NCBI GenBank assembly: GCA_009602735.1
Contig: WELA01001939.1
Location: 306,106 to 343,325, forward strand
Direction: 5' to 3'
Length of the DNA: 37,220 nucleotides
DNA from: Mesotaenium endlicherianum
Taxonomy: Eukaryota
Of this stretch, positions 11,301-23,100 are shown piece by piece. Under the pieces are notes generated by a model. That model saw only the letters and a list, made by a program, of their open reading frames with translations, was not told where the DNA came from and made no database searches. Made by a program: the position numbers and the translations under genes. The number at the start of each line of letters is the position of its first letter. The stretch's first letter is position 1.

Positions 11301-14300
11301 TGCATGTGAGTGTGTGTGTCTACCCTGCCTCTTGCTTGCGGTGGAGATAGATGGAGGTGGGGTTGGCAGAGTGGTGCAACAAAAGAGCGCAAGAGCTTGC
11401 TGGGCCTGCCAATGGGCTCCTGGCACGGGTGTGGCAGCATAGTAATTGGTTGAAAAACGAATAATGTGCTTGCAGTGTGCTTGTGGCCGCCTGTTTGTCT
11501 GCGCTCGTGTATTGCTGTGCACGGAGCGCTGGTCAGCTGCATGAGCCGCTCCTGACTCAGATGACCTTGTGGTGGTGTCAGTGTCGAGTACAGCCAGGAG
11601 GGTGTGAGGAGAAGCCGGGCTGCGGGGCTAGTGAGGCCTAGTTCGAGTGTGTGCGTGTGCACTAGTTTGGGTGTGTGTTCGTGTGCGCGTGTGTCTGCGC
11701 TCCAAAGCTGCTGCTCCTGCTCTGGGGGAGCTCTGGACCGATGCTGGTGCTGCACTCTGTGGGAGTCTGACAAGAAGCTGGATGGGGGTCATTGCTGTGG
11801 CTGCTACTGCTGCTTCTGTGATTGCTGGAAGCAGGCATTGGCATCCCCAGGGAGAAGCAGTCCCTGCTGTTCCAGGCGTTCTCGCAAGTGGACGCCTCCA
11901 CCACCCGGTAGGGCTGCCCCCAGCTCTCTGCCCCCCTCTCTGCTCAGTCAGTCTGCTGCCTCTTGAGCTCTGGCGACGTCTTCCTTCTGCCAGGGCTGCG
12001 GACACAGCAACATGTCCATGACTTGAGAGGCAACAGGCCATTGAATTGAGAGGGCAACGGGGAACTGCTCATCATAATGTGGTGCAATGACGGCAGCAGA
12101 GCGTGGGGGCGAGTGCGGCACCTCATGCGGTCATGAGAAGCCAAAGTGCGCTCATCCCCAAGCTAGTGAGTTGACTGACCTGCGTGGACAAGTGTGTGGG
12201 GGAAGGGGGGGGCGGTGCGGGGGGGCCGGGAGGGGCGCAGAGTGTACGGGGGCACGGGGCTGGGCCTGGTGATATCGTCCAAGCTGGCGCACGCCATGGG
12301 CGGCCGCATGTGGGTAGACAGCCAGGAGGGTGCAGGCTCCACCTTCTCCTTCACTGCAAGATTCCCGCTCCCCCCCCCGTCATCATCGCCACCTGTCACG
12401 CCGTCGTCGCCCAGCACTGCTGCGAGCCTGGCGCACCTGCGGGGGGTAAAAGTGCTAGTGGTCGATTCGAGCGCCGCCAGCACGTCGCTCCTCGTCGACA
12501 TGCTGCAGGTGAACGCGCCCCGCTCCGACTCCCTCTCTCTCTCTTTCTCCCTCCCTCGTACACTCTCCCCCCCCTGACNTGCAAAATTCTCGCTGCCCTC
12601 GCCGCGGCCGCCACCTGTCAAGCCCCCCTCGCCCTGCCCTGGCTCCAGCCTGGCGCCGCTGCAGGGGGTGAAGGTGCTGGTGGTCGATTCTAGTGCTGCC
12701 TGCACATCGCTCCTCGTCGACATGCTGCAGGTGCACGCACGTGCTCTGGGTTTTTTCATTCTCCCTCTCGTCTTGGTTTGGTGATAGAAGTCCCTGCCGG
12801 CTGAGCCTGCCACATGTGAAAGTCGTACCTTAGCCCACTTCTTGGGATGGTTGCATTGCCCCTGCGACGATGGGCTCTTGCGGTGCTCCTTTTTCCAGAA
12901 GAGGTCACTCTTTATTTGAAATCAATTGCTGGTGGCTGGTAGGAATGGTTTTGGGCGACACGGAAAGTACCAGTCTGCCAAGTGTCAGGTACTGACGACA
13001 TAGGCACGCACGCACGCATTGGCGTGGGTATGGCGTGCAGAGGTGGGGCCTGCGAGCGGAGGGCGTGTCCGACGGGGAGGCTGCGGTGCGGCGGCTGGAG
13101 GCGGAGGCAGCTGGCGCGTCGCCGCAGCCCTTCCAGCTGCTTCTGCTCGACCTGCACCTGCCCCCACCGCATCCGTCGCCGCCGCCGCCGCCGTCGTCGC
13201 AGCAGACATCCCCCGGCAGCAGCTCAAGCCAAGGCCTGGTGGAGCTGCTGCGCCGCAAGCCCCACCTCCTGGGGCCCTCACCAATCGCAACAGGCGGAAG
13301 GGGGGTGACACCTGGGAGCAGGGGCGGGGGCCTTGCCGGTGGGGCCTCCTCTGGCTCTGCCGCCGGGGACGAGGGGGGGGAAGGGGGGGAACTGCTGCAG
13401 AGCAACAGGGCCGCCTCTGAGGGTCAGCATAGGGAGGAGGTTGATCCCATTGAGTCGTTTGGCACACTGGAGGTGGACCTGGAGCTGGACCTGCCCGACT
13501 GGGTGCGCAAGAACAGCAACGAGGGGCTGAGCCCACATGGCAGGCTCTCGGCATCCGACGACGCCGCTGTGGCGGCGGTGGCAGGGCTGTCGCCCGTGCC
13601 AAGTCCCAGAGATGTTCGTCGGCAGCAGCCCCGGCAGAGGCTGGTGCAGAGCAAGAGCATGGGTGCTGGCTCGGGCAGAGATGCTGCGGGGAGCAGGCTG
13701 GGCTCGCGCTGGCTGAGCTTGCCAGCTGGCGGGGCACAGGCGCTGCTGCCACTTGTCATCCTCACGTCCCCCAACCACAACGACATCGCCAGGCACGCGA
13801 CGCGCGCTCCCTCTCGACTCCCCGCATTCTTGCGCTGGCATCTGCTCTGTGTTGTCTGTGCATCATACTGTACTTCATGCGTCTGTGTGGTGACTTGCAG
13901 CCGGCTCTTCACTTGAGAGCTCATGGAGAGCTGGGGTTCAGAGAGGAGCACGCGCTGTGGTTCTGATCGCGCCTGCCCGCATTTCTTGCTCCGGGCGCTT
14001 GCTCCTTGGGAGCAGCCTCATCGTTATTGCTGCCCTCCTCAAAGTGCAGCGCTCGGTTTCTACAAGACAAGCTCGCATGTGTCTGGGTGCCTGCGGGCGC
14101 GCATCTTTTGACATGCTGTGTCCTGGGGCGCTGGGGGCTTGCAGGTGCCGGGACCTGGGGATAGACCTGTACGTATCGAAGCCGGTCAAGCGCAGCGTGC
14201 TGTTGCGAGGCCTGCAGCTCGCCCTCCACCTGCCCCCCCGGCCCACTCCTCCGGCCAGCGGCAGCGGCAGCCAGGTGGGGTACCTCCTGTCTAATATCCA

Positions 14301-16377
14301 TCTCCCGCCCCTCCCTTCCACCTTCCCCCTTCTCCCTCAGCATCGGCCCCAAGGTCCCATTTCACACAGGGAGGTCCCGCTGCTTCCTGGCTTAATCTGG
14401 AACTGTGAACTGGAAATTGCGTTGCTGGATTACTGAGGCGTGCAGGAGTGGCGATACTTGATCCTCGGAGGATCTCGCGCGCTTTGGTCGTGCTCAGTGC
14501 AAACCTGGAGAGTTCTCAGACAGCAGAGTGCTGATCGTTACCGGCTGTTGCTGCTGGCTGTGTGTACGCATCCCCTGTCTGATTGTTTGGAAGCCTTTGA
14601 TCAATTCTGGGGAAAACCTGCCCGCATGCACGCACGCGCACGCGCGCGCACACACACACGCACACACATATGCACACAGATGCACACACACACACATACA
14701 CGTGGCACAGCTCGCCCACGCATGCGTCCGCTCACACGCATTGCGTGTTTCAAGCATCAAGTAGCATCAAGAAACAGAAATGGCAGAGGGCAGCACGGTT
14801 TGCAGCTGCAAGCTCTGGCTAAGCCTCAGTGGTGCTGTCTCTTTGCCAGCCCTCCCCATCCCCACTCCGTGACCCCAGCCTCAGTTGCCCGCACATTGGT
14901 CACCCTTCTGCACGTCATGGTGGGAGAAGAGAGGGCGTCACTCTGGATTTACCCCCGGTTCCTGTCGACAAGCTGTCCGTGGCACTGACTGCTCCACTTG
15001 TGCGCGTGCATGCGTGCGGGCGTGTGTGCCTCTTGAAGCAGCAGCCACGCCCGCCGCCACAGCCTCACCCGCCGCCACAGCAGCACCTGCTGTCGCCGCT
15101 GCAGCAGCAGCAGAAGGCAACACAGCAGGCTCAGCCGCAGGCGCCGCCGCCCTCCGCGGGCCCCGCGGCGGCGGGCGGCGGGGAGGCTGCGGCGGCGGAA
15201 GCAGAGGCGCTGCACATTCTGGTGGTGGAGGACAACGCCATCAACCAGAAGGTCATCCTCACGCTGCTGCACAAGTGGGGCCACTCCACGGAGCTCGCCG
15301 CCAACGGCGCCATCGGCGTCGACAAGTACGCCGCCGGCGCCTTCGACGTCGTCCTCATGGACGTGAGCGCCGCCGCCGCCCCCCTCCCCCTCCCCCTCCC
15401 CCCCCCCCTCTCTCTCTCTNGCCCGTTGTGCTGTGTTGTAGCAGTATGCAGTGCTCTCTCTACTCCCCCTCTCAGCCACACCCGCGTTCCCTCCTTGGCC
15501 AGCTCCGGCTCAAAGGGGTGCTGTTGCAGCTGGCTGTGCCAAACTCTTCGCTGTGGGGTGAAAGCAACCCTGATGACGTGTCTGTTCTCTCTCCCCCCCT
15601 CGCTGGCGTGCGGCAGGTGCAAATGCCGGTGCTGGACGGCATAGGCGCGACGGTGCAGATCCGCGAGGGCGAGAAGGCCTCCGGCAGATACACGCCCATC
15701 GTTGCGGTCTGTCCTCTGTTTCTCTCTCCCTGTGTGTGTGCACACGCGCGCGTGTATGTTTCTGTGTGTCTGTGTGACGGACAAAGGTTGGTCACAGAAG
15801 TTGCGGAGTGTGGTTGGTACATTGTTTGTGTGCTCCTTTGAGTCCTAACATGTGAAAATATACATCTGCATATATATATATATATATATAGATAGGTATG
15901 AATGCATACGTACATGTACGTTCAAGTTCACACGTATGCGCATATGTCCATTGATCATCTGCATGCACACTATCCATGTCTTGTATACATGGTGCTACGT
16001 GTGCGCCAGTGCGCGTCGTAGCGTGTGCTCGTGTAGTATTACAGAAGGCACATGGTAACATTTGCATGCATGCATGCACGCTCCTCACGGTGCTCGAGGG
16101 AGGGTATGGGTGGGGGGGGGGGGCACCAATTGCGCGCGCGCAGATGACGGCGCACGCCTCCAAGGAAGTGGGCGCCAAGTGCCTGGCGGCGGGCATGGAC
16201 GAGTACCTCTCCAAGCCGCTCAACTCCTCCAAGCTGCGCGGCATCCTGCGCCTGGTCGCAGAGAAGGCGCTGCCCCGCTCTGGGGCGGGAGGAGGAGCCG
16301 GAGCCGCCGCCGCCGACGGGACTCCCGTCGCGGCCGACGCCGTCGGCGGCGGCGGAGCCCCACTAGGTCCCGGGTGA
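3324..16377 (+). CDS. Membrane-bound hybrid sensor histidine kinase (2 TM, extracellular Cache-like domain, HAMP, HisKA, HATPase_c, two receiver domains), 18 coding exons, ~1262 aa
   Basis: Phase-consistent spliced model: 3324-3629, 4103-4297, 4542-4706, 5422-5494, 5847-6071, 6525-6649, 7574-7753, 8149-8400, 9053-9166, 10027-10165, 11095-11238, 11835-11907, 12241-12508, 13041-13792, 14145-14274, 15039-15362, 15617-15706, 16144-16377 (3789 nt). All introns are GT-AG except one GC-AG. Motifs: TM1 [23 protein letters not shown]2 [42 protein letters not shown]...[18 protein letters not shown]-box [13 protein letters not shown] (His codon 8302-8304); N-box [17 protein letters not shown]1 VHDTGIGI; F-box [10 protein letters not shown]2 [11 protein letters not shown]1 VLVVDSS...LLLLDLHLP...SKPV; REC2 [11 protein letters not shown]...[12 protein letters not shown]...MTAHA...YLSKP. 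Confidence 0.93.
9878..9963. repeat. Degenerate (CAGC)n tetranucleotide microsatellite in kinase intron 9
   Basis: Repeated cagc/cagt/cggc units; a shorter (CAGC)n run is also present at ~36103-36121. Confidence 0.8.
12580..12732 (+). repeat. Diverged duplicate of the 3' part of kinase exon 13 (linker plus start of REC1), including its GT donor
   Basis: It reads [50 protein letters not shown]|gtgcac, versus exon 13 [51 protein letters not shown]|gtgaac (~12356-12510). It starts immediately after a single N at 12579. Confidence 0.9.
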
Positions 16378-19300
16378 CGCCGAGACCGAGAGGCTGAGGA
16401 CGAAAAGAAGGAGCTGGCTGCCTTGGCGACTGTTGACCCAGAGTCAACCAGAAGTTGACCATGAGTCGATTGTGAGTTTATCGCAGGTTGACCATGAGCT
16501 GACCGCGGCCACGAGTCGACCACAGGGCCCCAATGAGGCCGAAGTCGAGGGCCGAGCCGAGGGGGGAGCTGCCCTTTGCGTGTTGGAGACGAGTGGAAGC
16601 AGGAACAGGGACCAGGAAGGAGTCCCTCTGTGCTGCTGTAGGAGGTCCAGCTGGCCATAGATGTGTGCATATCGGACGAAGTGCTCGCTGGCTGAGTGGT
16701 TGTTGAGTGAGGGTTGTGCGAAGCCGCCCCTTGGCCGGTCAGTAGTCAGTCAACCAAAAAGCACCAAGCGGCAAGCTAAGAAGCGGCAGCAGGTTCATCT
16801 GCAGGCGGAGAGAGGCCTGCTTGCTAAGGGACCACCAGGACAAGCTTCTCTGGCAAAGGAGGGGCGATTGGCATACGACAAAGCGCAAACATCAGGCTAG
16901 GTACTGATTTTTTTTAATATATGATGCCGGAGTATGATGGGGAGTCCTAGGTATGGTCGTGTATAGAGGTGTCAAGATCAGGTAATTTTTCAGGTCGAGT
17001 AAGGCGATTCGTTTCTTGGGTATCCTTTGCCCGACCTGTTGCAGCAGGCTGCCCAGCAGGGTTAGTCTAGCGCGTGGGATGGATGGCTCATTTGACCGAT
17101 TGAAAATGGTGCGAGGAGGGGGCTACATGCAGATAGGGATGAAGAATATGTGTATGGATGCCAGCGGGGGCAGAGAGCAAGTTATATGCTTCTGGGGTGA
17201 CTGCTACTCTGGGGTGCTCATTGTGGCATTCAAAGGGGGGACATTGACTCCTGGCGAAAGCAAAGTTGCTTTCCTTGCAACAGCAGGAGCAATCCAATAC
17301 GACAATGTGCTGTTGCAGCAACCCAGAGTTAAGCTTGCCAACAAGGCTTGCATACGCAGGTTCTTCTCGAGCAGCGCTCTATCAGATTGATTCTTTTTAA
17401 TCTGCTACTTCTAGCATCATATTTTGAGACCTTTTGGCCTTTGTTTTTAACCATATGGTAAGTTAGTTGCTGTTGATTAAGTAATTCCCTAGAGTCTCAA
17501 ATATTAGCTAGAAGGCATATGGCATCATAAATGTGCGCAGGCAGGCAGTCCCTTGCAGAATGTGGAGAAGTCAGCTAGAGGAATCTGCCTTAGTGTGCAT
17601 AAGCCATACTAAGCTTAACATATCGTTGACTGACTGCTTCAATAATATATGACTTGAAACGCTTTTCCGTATGCCCCCCTTGGTCAGGTTTCATGATGGT
17701 GAAAGGTGCCGGAGGGCAATTATGTCTGACCTATCTGAGGGAAGCTTACAGGAGCTGCAGAGAACATTATATGTATAGGAAGTTCAGCAGATTGGAGTTG
17801 TAACATGGTAGACAGAAGGAATAGTTGCTTGATTGATTCTAGGCCTATACGGCCGAGTCCCGCAAGAGATGTGCCAAATTATTTCCCAGTATGCCTACTA
17901 ACAAGCCTATCTTAAATAAGTCACTTACATGTTCTCAAAAGCTTGAAATTGACAATATGCTTATGGTCAGATGATGCATGGATTAGACCCTTCAAAGCGT
18001 AGTTCACGCAAAGTGGAGTGCAGCCCTAGGTGACAATCTATGAATTCGAGTAATTGATCGATGCAGTTAACTACGAGTGCGGCAAAGACAAGCAGTTCTG
18101 AGCAGATGCACAAAGAATTTATGTCCAGCCAGCTTACCTGCGTACAGTCTCAAACCGAGTGTAAGAGCCAAATACATAATTGTTGAGTCACGCAAGCTAG
18201 TGCACTAAGATGTTGTCATGTACAAAGTCTAAGTAATCCACAACTGGTACTTTCCAACTGTAATGTACGCAAAGACTCGTCACACAAACGTCTAACACAC
18301 TATCAGTGACCACAAAGGGATCAACTTCAATGAGCCAGGCAAAATCAATATCCCCCATTGGTCAAGAATGAAGAATTGTAGATAGCTCTCTTAATTGGAG
18401 ATTTATGTATCTGGGTCAGTGGCGCTTCTGGCGCAGATTTGAAGAAGTTAAAGATCTGCGACTCGAAATGTCGCAAACCGAGGTTTGACAAGTGTTCAAT
18501 TTTGATTGATTTCATACATGCCGTGCTTTCATCAACAAACAAAACCCTTGCAAAGGCTTCTTTGCAAAGAAGCCTTCATTGCAGCAGGAAGTAGCTGCTA
18601 CACTTACCCACCCACCCACCCCAATAATTTTCCCCTCCATGGGGAGGTGCACGAGGCAGGCACCAAAACTTGTGCCGCGCCAGTCACAGCCATGCACAAT
18701 AGTGTTGTTTGTGTTTGTTTGGTACGTTAAATGTCTATTGGCAGTAACCAGCAACGATGATTTGGCGGCCAACCTCAACACAGCAAGAGTGCAAATGCTA
18801 ATCAAGCCAAGTACATATTTTCGTGGCAGCATGTAGGAAAAGACTACAGAAGAACAGATGACGCGCAAAATTTGTAGCATACTACTACTCCTACTATTCT
18901 TTTCTATAATCACCTTCTTTCTTTCAAAATCAGGCAATTTGAACACAAATTTTTAAATTAGGCACAGCAGTCACCTTGTTGTGCAACTGAATAGCATAAA
19001 TTTTGCTTTGCATTGATGCATAAAGGGAAGCCAATTGCATGTCTCCAGTATCATGTTGAAGTGTCTTTTTTCATAGTTACCCGTAGAGGCGCCCCTCATG
19101 AGACTTTCATGAGGAGTTTAAACACGTATTTAGAAGCAAAGCAAATTGTTCTACTCTGCATGCTTTGTCCTATTGGTATCAAGAATGGCACGAGTAGCTA
19201 GATCAACATCTCATATAGAGAAGCATTCAAAAATGAAAAGCCCCGGGAAACTCATTGAGTTGTGCCAGACCATAAGCAACCTGTAGCTGATGAAATAAAG

Positions 19301-20108
19301 TACAACGCTTCCAACACATTGAAGGAGTTTGAAAATCTGCTAAAAGACTACATCACCTTCAGAAGCAAAACTTCTTGGAGAATTAATCAGCAGGCTAAGT
19401 GAAACATTACGTATGCTCCCACAAACACAGATTTTAAAAGAATAAAATTCCAGAAGTATTTTAGTCTCTACAATGTGACTATTGAACACATCATTACCCA
19501 TAACCTTCTACACTGTCTGTACAGGAGCAGTCTTTCATATGCTTGAGGTTCCAGAAAGAGTTCCAAACGAGCACGTCGCAAGTGATGCGCTGGTGAATCT
19601 ATCACATAGAGTGAATTGCTCTCTCGCCAAGTTAATGCACGCTCCCTGCTCCATTACAAGAGGTGGCAGGTGGCAGCGCCACTTGGCATCTTATCATTCA
19701 GCCCTTAATGCCGCCCTTGGAAGGAGCAGGCAATGCCACATGCAAATGTACAAGCACTAATCATCTACCAGTATAAGAATCTGCCTCTACAACAGTGACA
19801 GCCGGAGGCGTCACGCTCCTTCTACTCGAGGCAGCAACCTCCTCAAGAATGATAACTGAACAATGAGGCACGGACGATATGCCTGCGTCCGGCCCTGTGC
19901 ACTAGCCTGGAGCAGACTTTTCCAAAGTTTTTTTACGAGTCCTTGTGCTCAAAGAGGAGCAACAGCTGCCATTCTGCCCAAAATAAAATCCCAATCCAGC
20001 GTTTACACAATGGGTGCCGCTGCGTGCCGTGGCCTGCCCCCCTCCGGTCGCTCTTTCCCCCCCTCTTTTAACAGTGCCCAGCTGGCAGCAGCTCAGCCCC
20101 TGCCAATC

Positions 20109-23100
20109 CTAAGAGTGCAGGAACCCGGAGCTGCCAAATGACGGGGCAAGGATCCGAAAGAGGCCATCGGGGTTGTCTGTGTGAACCTGCCACGTAAAAA
20201 AAAAAAAAACGGAAGAAGCAAAAAAATAATAAAAGAAATTAACAAACAAAAGATTCGGCTGCAGATGAGTCCCGTGTCTGCCAGCAGTCAAAACAAAAAA
20301 ACAGCGCCCCTATGACGATGAGCGGCCTCACTCAGGTCCGACTGGCAATTGCTAAGGCCCCCAGGGCCGAGACGGGGCACCGCTGCCGGCCGTGCAGGAG
20401 GCCATAGAGAATGGAAAGAAGCTAGAGAACTAGAATATCCAATCACACCCCTCTGGTCCCCTCCCTGGTTCCACATCAGGGCTTATCAGAGGGCCCGATA
20501 GAAGCCCCCTCGAGCTGCAGCTTCTCTTCCTCCCCTCCAGTAGCAAGCTGCAAGCTGCAGACTGCAAATTGCGGTGGGGTCAGGTACTACACAATGAAGG
20601 GGTGCGCAATAGGCCGCCACCACCCCAGCCAACCCCACAGCGGCTGCGTTTTCAGCGGTTGAGCACGCGCTGCTATTTCGGGATGAGCTGAGCAGCGGCA
20701 TCCTCAGCCTCGCCTCGAAAGGACGAGAAGTCCGGGGGCGCTGCTCCTTGCTTCCCCCGCAGTCTCACAGAATCGACACAGCCTGGGAATAAGACGGATT
20801 GAAACAAGCGGAATGAATGAATGCCACCATCAACTTCTCCCAAGAAAACAAGCTGTCTGGCAGCCTCTTGGGACCATAACAGCCTGACGCGCTGGAGCGG
20901 AAGGAACCAGCAACAGCCCCAGCCACCTCAGCCCGGCAGCCTCAGGCTCTTTCTGGCAGCCCCAGCCTTTTTTCCCAAGGGCCTCACCCCCTCTGACCCA
21001 GGAGGGTCGTCCGGGGGGTCAGTCGATCGGGCGGGGCTCCTTGCTTACCCAGTGACCCGCGTCCTCAAGCACGTGCATCTGCACGCCGGCGCCGCCGTCG
21101 GAGGCGAGCGCCTCGGCAGTGAGGATGCGCGTGACGTCGTCGTGCGCCCATCGGTGCAGGCTGCGCTCCGCCCGCAGGAAGTCAAAGTGCACGCCCTCCG
21201 GCACGTTGTCCACCAGAGGCCTGCCACGTGTCAGGAGGAGAAGGAAGAAGCGGGGGTGGCGCAGCAGTCAGTCTACGGGGCACAGAGCATCTTGCCTCCG
21301 TTCTCCACCGCAGGCCAGCTGGCCCCGTGCTGAAAAGCCAGAAAAGAAAACGCGAGCGCACATTGTCCCAGTGGAGAACGTCGAGCTGCGCCCCAACGCC
21401 CATCATTCCCTGCAGCCCCACAGCCCCCGTTATCCCCACTTCGCCTCCCCCCCCTTCCCCTTTCTGATCCTGCCTTTCCTGCCCCCCTGCTCCCCCTCCC
21501 TCGCCCTTTGCTCCAAGTACGCCAACAGACCGGTGCTAGTGTATGCAGCTTGCCACACATGCTTAAAGCTGGCAGGGCTAGGCTCCCTCTAGTGCGTGCC
21601 CATCTTGGGGTAGAGAGAGCCTCCTCTCCTTCTCCCTTGCTCTCTCACCCTTGCGTTAAGGTAGTCGCAAGAGGAAAGGTCACGGGACGAGCAAACCTCT
21701 TTCCCAACTTCAAGAGCGGAGAAGAGAAAACACCGTCAGCTTTGGGACAACAAGGCATTTCATCACGAGACTCAAGACGAGCTTTGACGGCAGCATCTCC
21801 TGCAGCGATACTTCCGGACACAGCTCAGTATCAGCAACAGCAATACCTTCTGAAAAAACCCAGCACTATTTTGGACGCCCAGCAAGACCAAAAAGAGGGG
21901 GGGAGGAGAGGAGCGGAGAAAACTCGAAGTGGGGAGGGGAGGGGAGGGGAGGGACGGGACGGGACGGGACGCAAGAGTGGTGGAGAGGGGAGGAGAGGGG
22001 AGAGAGGAGGGCTCGCACCAGAAGTTGGTGGTCTCGTACGACTTGTACATGTCAGCCACGCCATCCAGGTCAAAGATCCACGACAGGCCCCCTCCCGCAG
22101 CGGAGCCTCCGGTCGGCGCTGCCGCTGCCGCTGCTGCTGCTGGCCTCAGGTTGGTAGTCATCCACTGCGCCCCTCACGGGTGTTTGGCATCAGCAATGGC
22201 ATTTGTCAGGTGGGCGGGGCAGGCGGGGGAGGGGGGTCAGACGAAGGAGGATTGGCATTCCCAAGAGTGGGCTAGGCGGGGGGAGGGTGTTTGCAGGAGG
22301 GACTAAGAGATAGAGGGAGACACTGGAGAGAACAAGGTTGCAGAGGAGAGAAAGAGGGGCAAGCAGGGAAGGGAGAGGGGCTGCACAGACACATCTGCTC
22401 TTCTGTAGCACCGCGTGAAGAGGGCCGGGAGAGAGGGAGGGAGGGGCCAGAGGGCAGCTTGACCCAAGGGATGCTACAAAAGGGCCGCACAGGTGCGCAA
22501 GCGAGCATGCTCGAGAGGCAGCTCTGCGGCAAAGGCAGGATGCACGCACGCGCATGAGAAAGAAAGCCCGGGGGGGGGGAGGGGGGGGGGGTGTAGCGGC
22601 GCGCGCGGAGGAGGCTATTGGAGGTGGAGGGTGAGAGTAAGACACTGGCTGGCGTTGCGCTGACAGGCCTTTTAGCTGTTAACCTCATTCCCTCCATTGG
22701 CAGATGACCCACAAGAGCTCCTCTGCTCCACGACAGGAGAGCATGAGCAGGTCAGAATGAAGCCCGATTGCACACAAGAGGCGCAGATGACAGCGGCGCC
22801 ACCCCTCCTTGTTTAATCCTGCAAGCCGGCAAACCCACAGGGTGGGGCTGCTGTGCAGTGTGCTGGCTCCCTTCGGGGCCAACCACGGCTTTGGCCGAGC
22901 TTGCTTCGAGCTCGAGGCCACTGCGTCGAGTGCGCCAACTCCCTCTGGGCTATTCCTGGCCCTCATCGAGCGCAGCGTGATAACTCTTACTCTTCACTGC
23001 GCCGTGCCATGGCTTGGCGTGAACTGCGACAACTTCCCCTGAGGCAAATCACGTCTCTCTATGACTTCCCTTTTGGTGAGAGTTCGGCGGCTGCGGCGAC

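Noticed and set aside
7674..16670. Many long overlapping or antisense ORFs (e.g. 7674-8666, 12985-13752, 14885-15841, 15792-16670)
   Set aside because: They are stop-poor shadows of GC-rich kinase exons and simple-repeat introns, with no independent motifs.
17000..20100. Short ORFs between the convergent kinase and hydrolase 3' ends
   Set aside because: They have no motifs or coding-like bias and are most likely UTR or intergenic sequence.
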